A DNA stretch of 64,000 nucleotides from Octopus sinensis (taxonomy: Eukaryota). A model generated the notes under the pieces. It searched no databases. It had not been told where the DNA came from and was given only the letters and a program-made list of their open reading frames with translations. The position numbers and the translations under genes were made by a program. Of the stretch, positions 38,911 through 52,507 are shown in pieces; the stretch's first letter is position 1; each line of letters begins with the position of its first letter. The stretch lies in the NCBI RefSeq assembly GCF_006345805.1, contig NC_042999.1, positions 14,570,001 to 14,634,000 on the forward strand, in the 5' to 3' direction.

Positions 38911-39579
38911 ATTCCCTATTCATTATCCAGCCAACCAGTTGATTAGAAGCCCTCCAATTACCTGAGACACTTTAATAACTGTATTAGTTTTATGATAATC
39001 CCTCCCAAACTTTCATTGCATATTTTACAATCTTCTGCTCTTATTATTCCTTCTCTTGTATCAGTTTGCTTTTCAATGGCTTCTTAGTAATTATCTACAC
39101 TAATATCTTATTTCACTCTGGGACAACAACAATGTGAATTGTGCAACTAAACAATGCTTTCTTCAGAATGTGTATCAGTGTAGTTAGTACAGAGTATTAA
39201 CAAATATTATGACAAGGAAACAATGGTAGACTGCTATGGAATAAATGGAACAAATTAATTGTGTACGGGGATAGGTAATGATTGAATAAATTGAGCAAAT
39301 TAACGGAGAAATGTTGTCATTTGTTGTAACATTTTATTGTATAATTACTGTTAAATTGCTAAACAAAACAGGTATTGACTCGTTAAGCAATTTATTAGAC
39401 AAGAGTTTATATCACAGTGTGAGAAATAACAGTTTTGATATTTTGAATGAAATAATATTTGAAGTATGAAATAAATATCATATTTTCTAATATGCAGGTT
39501 GATGTAATGTATAGCAGCATAAACTTGTAAGAAGCACCGGTGTTGGTGCTTTGCAAAAAGCCACTGGTGCTGGTGCCAC

Positions 39580-40030
39580 ATCATCATCATCATTTAACGT
39601 CCGTTTTCCATGCTAGCATGGGTTGGATGGTTCGACCAGGGTCTGGGAAGCCAGGAGGCTGCACCAGACCCAGTCTGATCTGGCAGTGTTTCTACAGCTG
39701 GATGCCCTTCCTAACGCCAACCACTCCATGAGTGTAGTGGGTACTCTTTAAGTGCCACTGGCACAGGTGCCAAGCGAGGCTGGCAACGGTCACGATTGGT
39801 TGGTGCTTTTTATGTGCCACCGGCACGGAGGCCAGTCAAGGCAGTACTGGCAACGGCCTCGTTTAGATGGTTCTTTTATGTGCCACTTGTATCACCACTA
39901 CAATTTCCATTGATTTTTGATCGATTTCGATTTCAATTTCACTTGCCTCAACAGGTCTTCACAAGCAGAGTTTTGTGTCCAAAGAAGGAAACGTATGCAT
40001 AAGTGGACTGGCTACATCCCAGGTAAAGGC
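39580..40030 (-). mobile_element. Family C / RTE 3' UTR copy, longer truncation
   Basis: Reaches the GCAAGTGAAATTGAAATCGAAATCG and TGTTGAGGCAAG blocks seen in 30900-31030. Confidence 0.8.
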
Positions 40031-40744
40031 CATGGGTTATGGTCTCACTTGTCCTGCCGGGTCTTCTCACGCACAGCATATTACCAAAGTCACTAGTCAT
40101 TGCCAACGCACCCAGGACACTGTGTAAAGTTGTTGGTGTTATGAAGGGTATCCAGCCATAGAAACCATACCAAAACAGGCAATGGAGCCTGGTACAGCTC
40201 CCAGCTTTATCAGTTCCTCTCAAACTGTCCAAACTGTGCCAGCATGGAAAATGGACATTAAATTATGATGATGATGATGTTGTGTAAACATTCAAACATT
40301 GTCACTATCTTTCCAAATCCTGCTGTATTTCACATGCAAGTGTTGCTTCTCCAAAGTCGTCTTGGTATATGCTGACCTACCTTCTTTGCCTGTAAATTTC
40401 AGTCTGACTGAAAAATTGCTTTTATGCTGAAAGATATGGTACGTTTTGTAAGTCATTAATGGAATATCTGTATGTGGTCGTTCGGTCTGTTAGAAATAGC
40501 ACCTAAGTCTCCTTCAAACTGCCCTCTAGCATCCTAATCTTAAACAAAGAAAGGATGCTCTGGATAATGTAGTTTTAGACATACCCTGTAAATATTGCAG
40601 GAATGCTTTATGTCATAAATCTGTCTGATCAGGATTGACCTAGGGCTAAACACCATTTTAAACAAATATTTAAACTTGTTATTAAATCAGGATTTCTAAT
40701 AAAGACACAAGGCTTCAGAGTTTAAGATGAGGGAAGGGCATACT

Positions 40745-41130
40745 CTTTACCCTCTTTTACTTGTTTCAGTCATTTGACTGTGGCCATGCTGGAGCACCGC
40801 CTTTAGTTGAGCAAATCGACCCCAGGACTTATTCTTCGTAAGCCTAGTACATATTATATCAGTCTCTTTTGCTGAACGACTAAGTTACAGGGACGTAAAC
40901 ACACCAACATCGGTTGTCAAGCAATGTTGGGGGGGTCGAACAAAGACACACAAACATATATATATATATACATATATACGACGGGCTTCTTTCAGTTTCC
41001 GTCTACCAAATCCACTCACAAGGCTTTGGTCAGCCTGAGGCTATAGTAGAAGACACTTGCTCAAGGTGCCACGCAGTGGGACTGAACCCGGAATAAGGTG
41101 GTTCGTATGCAAGCTACTTACCACACAGCC
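40745..41130 (-). mobile_element. Family A SINE, full length
   Basis: Reverse complement match to 25913-26352. Confidence 0.85.
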
Positions 41131-41640
41131 ACTCCTGTGACTGATATAATTAATTATATCAACCCAATACTTGAATGGTTCTTTATGTTATCAACCCCAG
41201 AAGGAGGAAAAACATAGTTAGCCTTGGTGAGAATTAAACCTAGAACTTAAAGGGCTGTAACTTAATGCTACAAGACACTTATATCCAACATTCTGACTTT
41301 TCTGCCAACCCATCACCTGGCAATAAATATTACAGATATTTTATTTTGGAAAAAATTAAAAAAATTGGAAAAGCACCCAGTACACTTTGTAAAGTGGTTA
41401 GCATTAGGAAGAGCATCCAGAGGTTGAAATCATGACAAAACAAACAATGGAACCTGGTATAGCCACTGGCCTTATAAACTCCTGTCAAATTACCCAAACC
41501 ACGCTAGCATGGAATACAGACATTAATTGATAATGATGATAGGAAAATTACTATTCCTATGTTCTGTTTTGTATAATAAACCAAGAAAGAGGTTGATAAA
41601 GAGTAACCTCTATAACTTCAGTTATTTTCTGAGTGTTTTT

Positions 41641-42149
41641 CAGTGGCTCTCAACCAGGGTTCATATGACTTTTAGAGGTCCCTATAAGATTTTGTTGATA
41701 AAATTTTTGTGCAATAATTTGGTTATACTTCCACAATATACCAAATATTTTAAGACTTATTTTACATAATTCCTAATAATATTTAATAAATGAAAGAAAC
41801 TTGTTGTATATATGTATATATATATATATGTGTGTGTGTATGTGTGTGTAAATGTTTGTGTCTGTGTTTGTCCCCCAAACATCGCTTGACAACCGATGGT
41901 GGTGTGTTTACATCCCCGTAACTTAGCGGTTCAGCAAAAGAGACCAATAGAATAAGTACTAGGTTTACAAAGAATAAGTCCTGGGGGCGATTTGCTCGAC
42001 TAAAGGAGGTGCTCCAGCATGGCCGCAGTCAAATAATTGAAACAAGTACAAGAGAGAGAAAAGAGAGTAAAGAGAGGTTCTGAGGGTCCACCCAAGTAAA
42101 AATAGGGCTCTTAAGGGGTCCATAGAGAAAGAACAGTTGAGAAACATTA
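41641..42149. mobile_element. Probable hAT-type MITE with a family A 3' half (about 41815-42065) inserted
   Basis: Termini CAGTGGCTCTCAAC and GTTGAGAAACATTA resemble degenerate CAGTGGTTCTCAA-type TIRs; internal GGGTCC motifs; no clear 8-bp TSD. Confidence 0.5.
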
Positions 42150-43337
42150 TTTTAGATAATGTGTTGAGTGACGACTGAAATTCAACCCACTCATTCCAGG
42201 ATCCAGTATCTCGCTTGGCCTAGATATACAATAAAAGACTATTTTATATTCTGGCAAACTCTACCCAGCAACTTCCCCTTATTTATTTATTTATTTATTT
42301 TACAAGAAAGCAATAATTTCACTGTGTGTATGCATGGAAGTTGTTGTTTCTCTTGTATTTTTCTCCTAAACATTACCCCAAATATCTAATCTAAGTTTGC
42401 TGAGATAGTTGACATTGCTCACTCACAATATCTTTTTCATTTTCTGATGGGGAAAACAACTACTGTTTTCCCTCTTATAAGAAAAAAAAACAAAAAAACT
42501 ATAACATTTTTTTTCTGCCCTATGAATCTTCTTCCATCTTCCAACTAGTGTCAACAACAAAATGCCTCAAGGGAATTACCAGATGATATTGCTAAGAATA
42601 CAACACAAGTAAATGAAAAGTCCTTGTCTTTTATATCATCACCATGACGATAACGAGAATGATGGTGGTGGTGGTGGCATTGGTGATGGTGGTTGTGGTT
42701 TATGTTGGCAAAAGGCCACATATTTGAAGTGGGAGAAATACCGGCAGTTAAATCGGAACTTATTTTATCATCTACCAAAATAAAGAAAGGCAAAGATGAA
42801 TCTGTCTAGGATTGAACTCAAACTGTAAAGTAATGTCACTAACTAATGCCAGGAATTTCAGTTGGCATTCTACCAATTCTGCCATTCATATTATTTCTTA
42901 AATTGACATAAGGTCGCAATTTTTTATATTTTTTAAAGAGGTTGGATGTACTTACCTGAAGTAACCATAGTATATGACTTTACATTTGTGTTGTGTATGT
43001 CTGTTAGCATGTAGGAGAGCAACAAAGGTTTAATGTTACTGGGTTGGCTTCGGAATGGTTTCTTGAGTGTGGGTCATGATCTTAAGTTTCCCTTTCATGC
43101 TTTGTCATTAACTGTTCTTTCTGGTTTCTTTTGTTGTAAAGAGCATTCCAAGAAATGCTTTCTTGATCTTTTTAGATGATACATTCAATATATTTCTATT
43201 GCCTTCTCATGAACATCATTTCCATTCCATGTTGTCTACACTTGACAAGAGTAGTACTTGATTGGTAATGGTGTTGGCCTAAAAAGATCCACAATATTCT
43301 ACCAAGTTATTTCTTTCTTTGTGTTTGGGGTTGGATG

Positions 43338-43810
43338 GTGCAAGCATGGCTGTGTGGTTCTGGGTTCAGTCCCACAGCATAGCACTTTGGGAAAGTGTCT
43401 TTCACTATAGCCCCAGGCCAACAAAACTCTTGTAAATAAATTTGCTAGACAGACGCAGGAGTCGCTGTGTGGTAAGTAGCTTTCTTACCAATCACATGGC
43501 TGCAGGTTCAGTCCCACTGCTTGGTACCTTGGGCAAGTGTCATTTACTATAGCCTCAGGCCAACAAAACCCTTGTAAATAAATTTAGTAGACATAGGCGC
43601 AGGAGTGGTTGTGTGGTAAGTAGCTTGCTTACCAACCACATGGTTCCAGGGTACCTTGGGCACCTTGGGTAAGTGTCTTCTACTATAGGTTCAGCTGACC
43701 AAAGCCTTGAGAATGGATTAGGTAGACGTATATATATGTGTGTGTATATGTTTGTCCCCCCAACATCACTTGATAACTGATGCTAGTATGTTTATGTCCC
43801 CGTAACTTCA
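43338..43810 (+). mobile_element. Three head-to-tail family A 5' halves
   Basis: Heads near 43338, 43452 and 43592; the first two share the private variant CCAACAAAAC.CTTGTAAATAAATTT..TAGACA. Confidence 0.75.
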
Positions 43811-43904
43811 GAATGAATAAATTAAAAACTGTACGGTATTTGGTCCTTTGTTCTACAATTTCTGAACCTTGACCGTATTACTACTACTACCAATAATAAT
43901 AATA

Positions 43905-44582
43905 ATCATCCTTTCTATTATAGGCACAAGGCCTGAAATTTGGGGGAGTGGTTAGTCGATTACATTCACCCTCAGTACTCAACTGGTACTTAATTTATGC
44001 CCACCCCCCGAAAGAATGAAAGGCAAAGTCAAGTTCGGCAGGATTTGAACTCAGAATGTAGCAACAGCCAAAATACCCCTAAGCATTTCATCCGGTGCAC
44101 TAACAATTCTGCCAGCTTACCACCTTAATAATAATAATAATGATGGTGATTTGAAATATTAAGACAAAGCCAGTACTTTTAGGGGAAGTGTTAAGTCAGT
44201 ATTATCTATCCCATAAGCTTGAAAGGTAAAGTCAACTTCAGCTGAATTTGAACACAGAACATTGAAGATAGACGAAAACCTGCTAAGCATTTTGTCGGGC
44301 ATGTTAACAGTTCTGCCAGCTCACCACCCTAATAATAATAACAATAATAATAATAATAATAATAATCCTTTCTACTATAGGCTCAAGGCCTGGAATTTTG
44401 TGGGAGGGGGCTAGTTGATTTTATCAACCCTAGTGCGTAACTGATACTTATTTAATCAACCCCAAAAGGATGAAAAGCAAAGTCGACCCTGGCAGAATTT
44501 GAACTCAGAGCATAAAGACAGACGAAATGCCACTAAACATTTCACCAGGCATGCTAACGATTCTGAAAGCTCACCGCCTTAA
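43905..44582 (-). mobile_element. Array of three family B-related SINEs separated by (AAT)n
   Basis: About 43909-44125, 44140-44330 and 44365-44582, each bounded by AAT runs. Confidence 0.75.
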
Positions 44583-44613
44583 TGATGATGATGATAATAA
44601 TAACAATGACAAC

Positions 44614-44648
<35 letters not shown>

Positions 44649-45202
44649 CTACAATAATTTCTAACTTTTTATATTTTTCAGGACTAACCTTATTTCAAAC
44701 TTCAGTAATTTATATAGATTTCTCTTTGTCTTTTCTTTGATTTTTCTCTTAAAAAATACCCTTGATCTATGTATAATCAATAATTCAACAAATATATATA
44801 AGTAAAAAGTTCCTTTTTTTTTTTCAACAGAGAATTATATGAGATGGTCTTCATAGGAACTAAATAACAGTATTTGTATTTTTTATTTGACTTAAACAAA
44901 AATATTCACTGAAAATCACAAAAGAATATTTTATAGCAGTCATTGTACATAGTATTGTTAGGGTATAAAGCAAATGTTACTGATGTAACTACAACATTTG
45001 CAATATTTGTTGCTTTTGTGAACTACCAGTAAAATTGTTCTATAGTCATAGCAATGGATGAAAAGAATCAAAAGTTTTAAGTTATCCCTTTTTGTAAAAA
45101 AGTATACCTTGATGACTTTTTATCATCACCATCATCATAATCATCATTTTAATGTCCATATTTTCATGCTGGCGTGCGTTGGATAGAATCTGATGTGGCA
45201 GA

Positions 45203-45619
45203 AGGCGGCGAGCTGATAGAAATGTTAGCACGCTGGGCGAAATGCATAGCGTCATTTCGTCTGCCGTTACATTCTGAGTTCAAATTCCGCCAAGGTTGAC
45301 TTTGCCTTTCATCCTTTAGGGGTCGATGTAATCGACTTAATCCCATTGTCTGTCCTTGTTTGTCCCCTCTATGTTAAGCCCTTTGTGGGCAATAAAGAAA
45401 TAAGAAGCATTAGCACAACGGGCGAAATGCTTAGCGGTATTTCGTCTGCCGTTACGTTCTCTGTTCAAATTCCACCGAGGTCAACTTTGCCTTTCATCCT
45501 TTCGGGGTCGATAAATAAAGTACCAGTAATGCACTGGGGTCGATATAATTGACCTAATCCCTTTGTCTGTCCTTGTTTGTCCCCTTTATGTTTACCCCCT
45601 CGTGGGCAATAAAGAAATA
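45203..45619 (+). mobile_element. Young family B SINE dimer with 18-bp TSD
   Basis: AGAATCTGATGTGGCAGA at 45185-45202 and 45620-45637; CpGs retained. Confidence 0.9.
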
Positions 45620-45704
45620 AGAATCTGATGTGGCAGATTTTCTATGGCTAGAGTCCCCTCCTCTTTTCAACCCCCACCTGTTTCCAAACATGATGTTCTT
45701 TTTT

Positions 45705-46085
45705 TTATTTTACTTGTTTCAGTCATTAGAATGTGGCCATGCTGGGGCACCACCTTGCAGAATTTTTGATTAAATGAATTAATCCGGGTACTTATTCTAT
45801 GTGTCTCTTTTCCTGAACCACTAAGATACAGGGACATAAACACACCAACACCGGTTGTCAAGCAGTGGTGGGGGACAATCACAGACAAAAAGACACATAC
45901 AGACACATAGATATAAGTATAAATTTGACAGGATTCCTTCAGTTTCTGTCTACCAGATCTAATCACAAGGCTTTGGTTGGCCTGTGGATATAGTAGAAGA
46001 CATTTGCCTAAGAAGTCATAATGTGGGACTGAACCCAAAATCATCAGGTTGAGAAGCAAATTCTAACCACACAGCCATGCCTTCA
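45705..46085 (-). mobile_element. Family A SINE, diverged
   Basis: Reverse complement match to the family A body and tail. Confidence 0.75.
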
Positions 46086-47207
46086 CCGCTGACTGGACAT
46101 GTTTCTATAGAAAGTTGGGGACAAACACCACGTGTATGATGGTGATGCTCATTTACAACAACTGTGGTGTCATTTCAAGGACACACAGACACACATGGCT
46201 CACTGGTTAGAGTGTCAGTCCCCAGGGAGATTCAGCATGACACAGAATGGGACAAGGCTGGTCCTTTTGAAATACAGGTACAGTTCATTTTTGCCAGTTG
46301 AGTGGACTGGAGTAGCATGAAATAAAGTGTCTTGCTCAACGGTGCAATGCACCACTGAGAATTGAACTTACAACCTTGTGATTACGAGCCAGATACCCTA
46401 ACCACTTCACCATATGCCTTCAACACTCACACACATATACGCATGCACACAGGTTGGGGCTTCCACAGTTTCCATCTATCAAATTCAATCACAAAGGCAT
46501 TGGTTGGCCCGAGGCTGTAGCAGAAGACACGTGCCCAAAGTGCCACACAGTGGGATTGAACCCAAAACCATGTGGTTGTGAAGCAAGCTCCTTAACCATA
46601 CAGCTATGTCTATTCTGATTCTTGTCATCGTAGGAGAACTTAGGAAGCCCTCCCCATACACACAGATATTTAATATCTTTATAGCTCCTGAATATGGGTT
46701 ATTCATATACTCCTCATGAAAAAATAAATTTATTTTAGAGATTTGAAATAAATTTGGAAATCTGGAAATCCTAATTGGATTCTTAGGTAGGTTTTATGAT
46801 GTAATAGAATTTATATCTATGGATATTAGAATTGTATAAACACGTAATGTACTTCGAAGCTACTGCGTGATGGGTGACACAATCGGAGCTTGTAAAAATG
46901 TTTTTATAGTAAAATATTTCCTCACTTTGCTTTTGTATTTTTTGTTTTGTTCCTCTTTTTTTTTTTCAAGTAAGAAAAATCTTCACACTCTTTACAATTT
47001 TCCTGGTTTTAACACCAGCTGTCAATTAGAAATCATTCTAATTTTGGCATCTTCCAGTAACATAGCTTGTTTCTGCAGAGCCAGGTAACATAACTGATAT
47101 CTGAGAACGTACAGTGCTTTACAAAAAGAAAATTATTTATAAAAGGTAACTATATATATATAGACACACACACATATATATATATATATATAGACACACA
47201 CACATAT

Positions 47208-47239
<32 letters not shown>

Positions 47240-47250
47240 CAGACACATAC

Positions 47251-47293
<43 letters not shown>

Positions 47294-48859
47294 TACATAT
47301 ATATATATATAGACACATACTTATATATATATATATGAAATATATATACAGACACATACATATATATATGTATGTGTGTGTATATACGATGTACGTATAT
47401 ATCCACTAGATATACATAATACCTTTTCCTTGCTTTTATAGGAATTCCATCTTTACATTTTGTTGAGCTTTGTTCCACATCACAGCATGTGACTTAATGT
47501 CTTGTGACACCACATTTTATAGTTCTCTTCTTTTCACTATATTTACAGATAACTGTTCCATGTTATTTTTTTTATCCCTTTTCCATTTTTTTTTTATTTC
47601 TTCTTTGGCCTCGTTTGAACAAATAATTGTTACAAATCCCTGATGAGGCATTTTCCACTTCTCTTTGATGTTTTTCTTTTCATATTTTTTGTTATTTTTT
47701 TTGTTTCATTTTTTTTTTTCTTTTCTATTTTTATATATAAAGTCAGAGTGTGTTAAAAAGATAGAAAATTGTTGTTCTAGCTATAAATATACATATATCA
47801 TCTTAAGCTCTTCTGGAAGCATTTTTATAATTATTTATTTTTTTCATCCATTCCAACTTTTAGGGCTCCTTTAGGTCTACCATATTTTTTGTCTGTTCAT
47901 CTACTAGGAATTTCTCTAACACAAAACAAGACAAGTGAAAAATTTAACTGACATTTGAGATCAGATCTATATGTGTATATATATATATATATATGCTTTG
48001 TATTTGTGTTTGTCCACCATGTTGACTATCCACACTTATATAGCACCAATATTGTATAATTATCAAACATAATTGGAGTTTGGGTAAAGTATAGGTGGTA
48101 CGTGGTCTATAATTACAGTCTGTTGTTGAAAAAAGAGAGGAGGCAGGAAAGAAAAAGAGCTATTGACATGGGGTCAATTACATCCCCCAATTACTAATGT
48201 GGCTTATTTTATATGTAGAAACAGTTTCATGTCCAGAGACTTAATTTTTATGGCATGTAAGGATGGAGGTTGTTGGGCAATATTTATTTCATTTTCTTCA
48301 TCGTTGTCCAGAATACAGTAATGAGTGTAGGGGGGCATGGGCGGGGAATTATGATTGATGCTAATTTTCGTTCTGTTTCCATATTTGATTATTCGGTCAC
48401 CACCACCAGCAACATCTACCGCTGCTGCCACTACCACTGCTCCACCATCGTCCCATTCTTCTCTCTCTCTCTCTCTTACTTTTTCTCTTCTTCTGTAAGC
48501 CATTATGTCGGCAATATTAGAACTAAAGGTTCGTTAAGAGAATTAACCGTACAGAATATTTTAAAGAACATGTAGATGGTGTTTAATGGTATTTAATATC
48601 TAAAGAGCTAGAACGGGATCAAAGACAAGATTTTCATCAATAGCACCCTCTCTTTTGTAACAATGTTGCAACACCCATAATCGTTGCTACCATTAGCAAC
48701 AGACTTAATTTATTAGAAAATTGGTCACACTGTCAGATATAATTCTGCTGAATATGAACCATGTGTTTCTATAGCAAATACAAGCTCACTTTCACACACA
48801 CATACACTCAAAAGATTTAGAGAAAATTGGATACTGTATCTCTAATTATGTCTAGTGAA

Positions 48860-49195
48860 GGTGCATGGCTCAGTGGTTAGAGCATCGAGATTATGATCAT
48901 GAGGTTGTGAGTTCGATTCCTGGACCGGGCTGCCTGTTGTGTTCTTGAGCAAGACACTTTATTTCACGTTGCTCCAGTTCACTCAGCTGTAGAAATGAGA
49001 TGCGATGTCACAGGTGCCAAGCTGTATCAGCCTTTGCCTTTCCCTTGGATAACATCAGTGGCATGGAGAGGGAAGGCTGGTCTTCCATAAAAACAACCCT
49101 AGGTTTTGCATTCACAGGTGAGGTGACTTTCCGCCCAGACTTGTACCCCGGCAGGGGGGAACCTCTTAGGTGCACCCATGGTCGTTCGTGACTGA
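48860..49195 (+). mobile_element. Family D SINE
   Basis: TGGCTCAGTGG A box, GAGTTCGATTCC B box; its 3' block GCTGTATC.GCCTTTGCCTTTCCCTTGGA also occurs at 26385-26555 and 52900-53070. Confidence 0.8.
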
Positions 49196-51176
49196 TGGAG
49201 TCAAGTAATTATGTCTACATGTGTGGAGAAGCTGTTCCAGTGAATACCAGTGATTCTGCTTCAGTTCCAGAGAAGATTACTGGTACCTACTTGAATATCA
49301 TGATAAGAACTTTATTTATATCATATTCCCCACAAACACACATAATAAACTCTGTGTGTCCGTGTGTCCCTCACAGCACAGATTGACAACTTGTGTTGGG
49401 TTGTTCACATTTTCACTGGGGTAGATTTGATGGAATGAAACCTTCCAAGGCAATGCTCCAGCATGGCCGCAGTCCCTTGACTGGAGCAAGAAAAAGCATA
49501 AATGAAAGTAAAAGAAGTCAGAGTGATGAGGAAAGTAGCGATTCAGGTGAACTAATTCAGTTGTTGAGAGATAGGTCTATTATTGTTATTCTCCTGAAAG
49601 TTTTTTTGTGATTGTGTCATGTTACTTGTGAGCTTTACATGCAACTATTTCTTATTGCTCAGGGGCCCAGATGGAGGGTAAAGTAAGACACAACGGCCCA
49701 GGTTTGAGTGGGTTAATGAAGAAATGGAAAAGTCAGTTTAATGTTAAATAGATTTAACCCTTTAGCAATTAAACCGGCCATATCTGGCCAAAAGTATTCT
49801 GCCTGTTTTATGTTCAAACTGGTCAGATCTGATCTCTCACACCAACCCTACAATATCGTTTTAAAAATTAATAGCTACCTCATTGAAATCTCATAGCTAC
49901 AAGATAATGCGTGATTAGTTCAAAACAATGTGGATAAGAAAGCATTAATTTTAGTAGAATAATGTGAACACTAAAGGGTAAAATGACTGGCTACATCTTT
50001 TGTAATACGTGTAAGGATTATGTAATGTTATATAATAAATTTGAAACCAATTTACTTCATCAGACATTTTCATCTCAATTTTCCATCGATTGTAAGCTGA
50101 GATGGAAATGTCAGATAAAGTAAATTAGCTTCAAAATTTATTACAAAACCATATATGAATACGAAATGTATGGCCCGTCATTGAAATGTACAGAACATTA
50201 AAATGACTTCATTCCTTCATAAAAAATATATATATACACACATGCACACACACACAAAATGACAAATCTTTTAGAAGATTTTATACAGTGTATGCACTTT
50301 CACTGTTTACAGCTTTTCAAACACACTTGTTTTGGAGTAATCCAATTAAAGGGAGATTTTCTAAACACACACGCATGGGTACACACATCACATATTATCA
50401 TTATCATTTTACATGGCTTTCCATGCTGGCATGGGTTGGATGGATTTTTATGGTAAAAGTCAGTTTTTATCCAAAGTCACTACCCTCTGAGATGGGTCAG
50501 AGAATCACTTCTCACTTGCATATATTCCATTTTGGCATTTTTAAAGTGTTCATTCAAGCCAGCATATTTATATATTCCTTCCTAATGTTAAAAACCTTCC
50601 TGGATTAGTATATAATCCTTCCAGGATTAGTATATAATCCAAGGTCAATTGTGTGACATGTTGAGAAAGACATGTTTGAAATGAGGCCTTCTTGAAGATG
50701 ATACACCTTGAGAGATCACTATGGCAGAAGTATCAGTCTTCACCAACCAACTTCAGGAATTCGTTGGTCATTTTGAAGTAAATTTGTAATATTTGCAAAC
50801 TACATGCATAATAGTAAAATCACAGCCAAGATCTGTCAGGTGACCACAAGTGCCAGATTTAGATGAAAAATCCTAATATACAAAAATCCTAACATAGGTG
50901 CAGGTGTGGTTGTGTGGGAAGAAGGTTGTTTCCCAGCCTCATGGCTCTAGGTTCAATCCCACTATATGGTACTTCAAGCAATTGTCTTCTGCTATAACCT
51001 AGAGCTGACCAAAGCTTTGCAAGTGGATTTGGTAGAGGAAACTGAAGGAAGCCTGTTTTATATATATATATATATATATATATCATCATCATCATCATCA
51101 TCATTTAACGTCCGCTTTCCATGCTAGCATGGGTTGGACGGTTCAACTGGGGTCTGGGGAGCCCGAAAGCTGCACC

Positions 51177-51221
<45 letters not shown>

Positions 51222-51234
51222 CATGTATTATGTA

Positions 51235-51763
51235 GATATGTGTGTGTGTGTCTTTGTGTCTGTCTGTCCACCACTACCACCACTTGACTACCAGTGTTAG
51301 TGTGTTTATGTCCCTGTAACTTAGTGGTTCAGCAAAAGAGACCGATAGAATAAGTACCTGGCTTAAAACAAAATAAGTGCTGGTGTCAATTTGTTCAACT
51401 AAAATTCTTCCAGGTGGTGCCCCAGCATGGTCGCAGTCTAACAACCGAAACAAGTAAAAGATAGAAGGTATAGAAGCTGTCTACACCGATGACCTTTTCA
51501 GCTTGCCACTTATTGACATTGAGGACAGAACTTCCATTGTTTGGCCTTCCTACTCTTTACTCTTTTACTTGTTTCAGTCATTTGACTGCGGCCATGCTGG
51601 AGCACCACCTTTAGTCAAGCAAATCAAGCCCAGGACTTATTTTTTGTAAGCCTAGTACTTATTCTATTGGTCTCTTTGTCAAACCACTAAGTTATGGGGA
51701 TGTAAACACACCAGCATTGGTTGTCAAATGATGATGTGGGGACAAACACAGACACAGAAATAT

Positions 51764-51796
<33 letters not shown>

Positions 51797-51948
51797 CGAT
51801 GGGCTTCTTTCAGTTTCTGTCAACCAAATTCACTCACAAGGGTTTGGTCGGCCCAAGGCTATAGTAGAAGACACTTGCCCAAGATGCCACGCAGTGGGAC
51901 TGAACCCGGTTTGTAAGCAAGCTACTTACCACACAGCCACTTCTATGC
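51235..51948. mobile_element. Tail-to-tail family A SINE pair (+ 51235-51465; - 51555-51948)
   Basis: Two 3' halves in opposite orientation about 90 bp apart. Confidence 0.8.
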
Positions 51949-51970
51949 CTATGATTAAACAGAAAGTGAT

Positions 51971-52250
51971 AGCCTTTGCGAGGTTCTGCATGAGACTCCA
52001 TACAAAATAGAAGGCTCTCACCAATAAGTGGCTACTAATGAGCCAAACTTGCTACACGACCAAAGAATGGTATATTCGACAATCATCAACATGTTCCATT
52101 TCTGTAGGGTGAATTATTTTTCCTTGATGCATCTGGAGGAACTGGGAAAACACTTTTAACTAATCTGCACTTGGCAAAAATTCATCAGATAAAGCAAATT
52201 AGACTTATAACTGTTTCTTCTTCTTCTTTTATTGCTGTAATTCCTCTCTA
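51971..52250 (+). mobile_element. Helitron RepHel remnant: PIF1-family helicase Walker A region, pseudogenised
   Basis: SLCEVLHETPYKIEGSHQ*VATNEPNLLHDQRMVYSTIINMF, a frameshift near 52107, then GELFFLDASGGTGKTLLTNLHLAKIHQIKQIRLITVSSSSFIAVIPL. This matches the Helitron pattern L..DQ..VY..I...GGLFFLDAPGGTGKTFL.NLLLA.....A.ASSGIAATLL. Confidence 0.75.
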
Positions 52251-52507
52251 CATTCTGTACTATTTATTGAGCTGAAATCCTCTTGTTTTCACAGTGTTTA
52301 TTTGAACAATTTGATCTTTCAGATTTCTTAATATTTTATGGAAACAAAATGTCTGGGTAATCTTTGTAAATGTATGTAACTCATGTTCTTTTCTGAGATG
52401 ATCCAATTAGCTTTTTGAGATCCAGTAGCTCTAAGATCTCTTATCTTTTATCATTAAACAGTGGCATACTGGGGCACTGCCTTGAAAAATTTTTTTGAAG
52501 CTATCAG

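Noticed and set aside
51475-51550. AVYTDDL peptide resembling the RT YxDD motif
   Set aside because: No flanking RT motifs; it is a short spacer between two SINEs.
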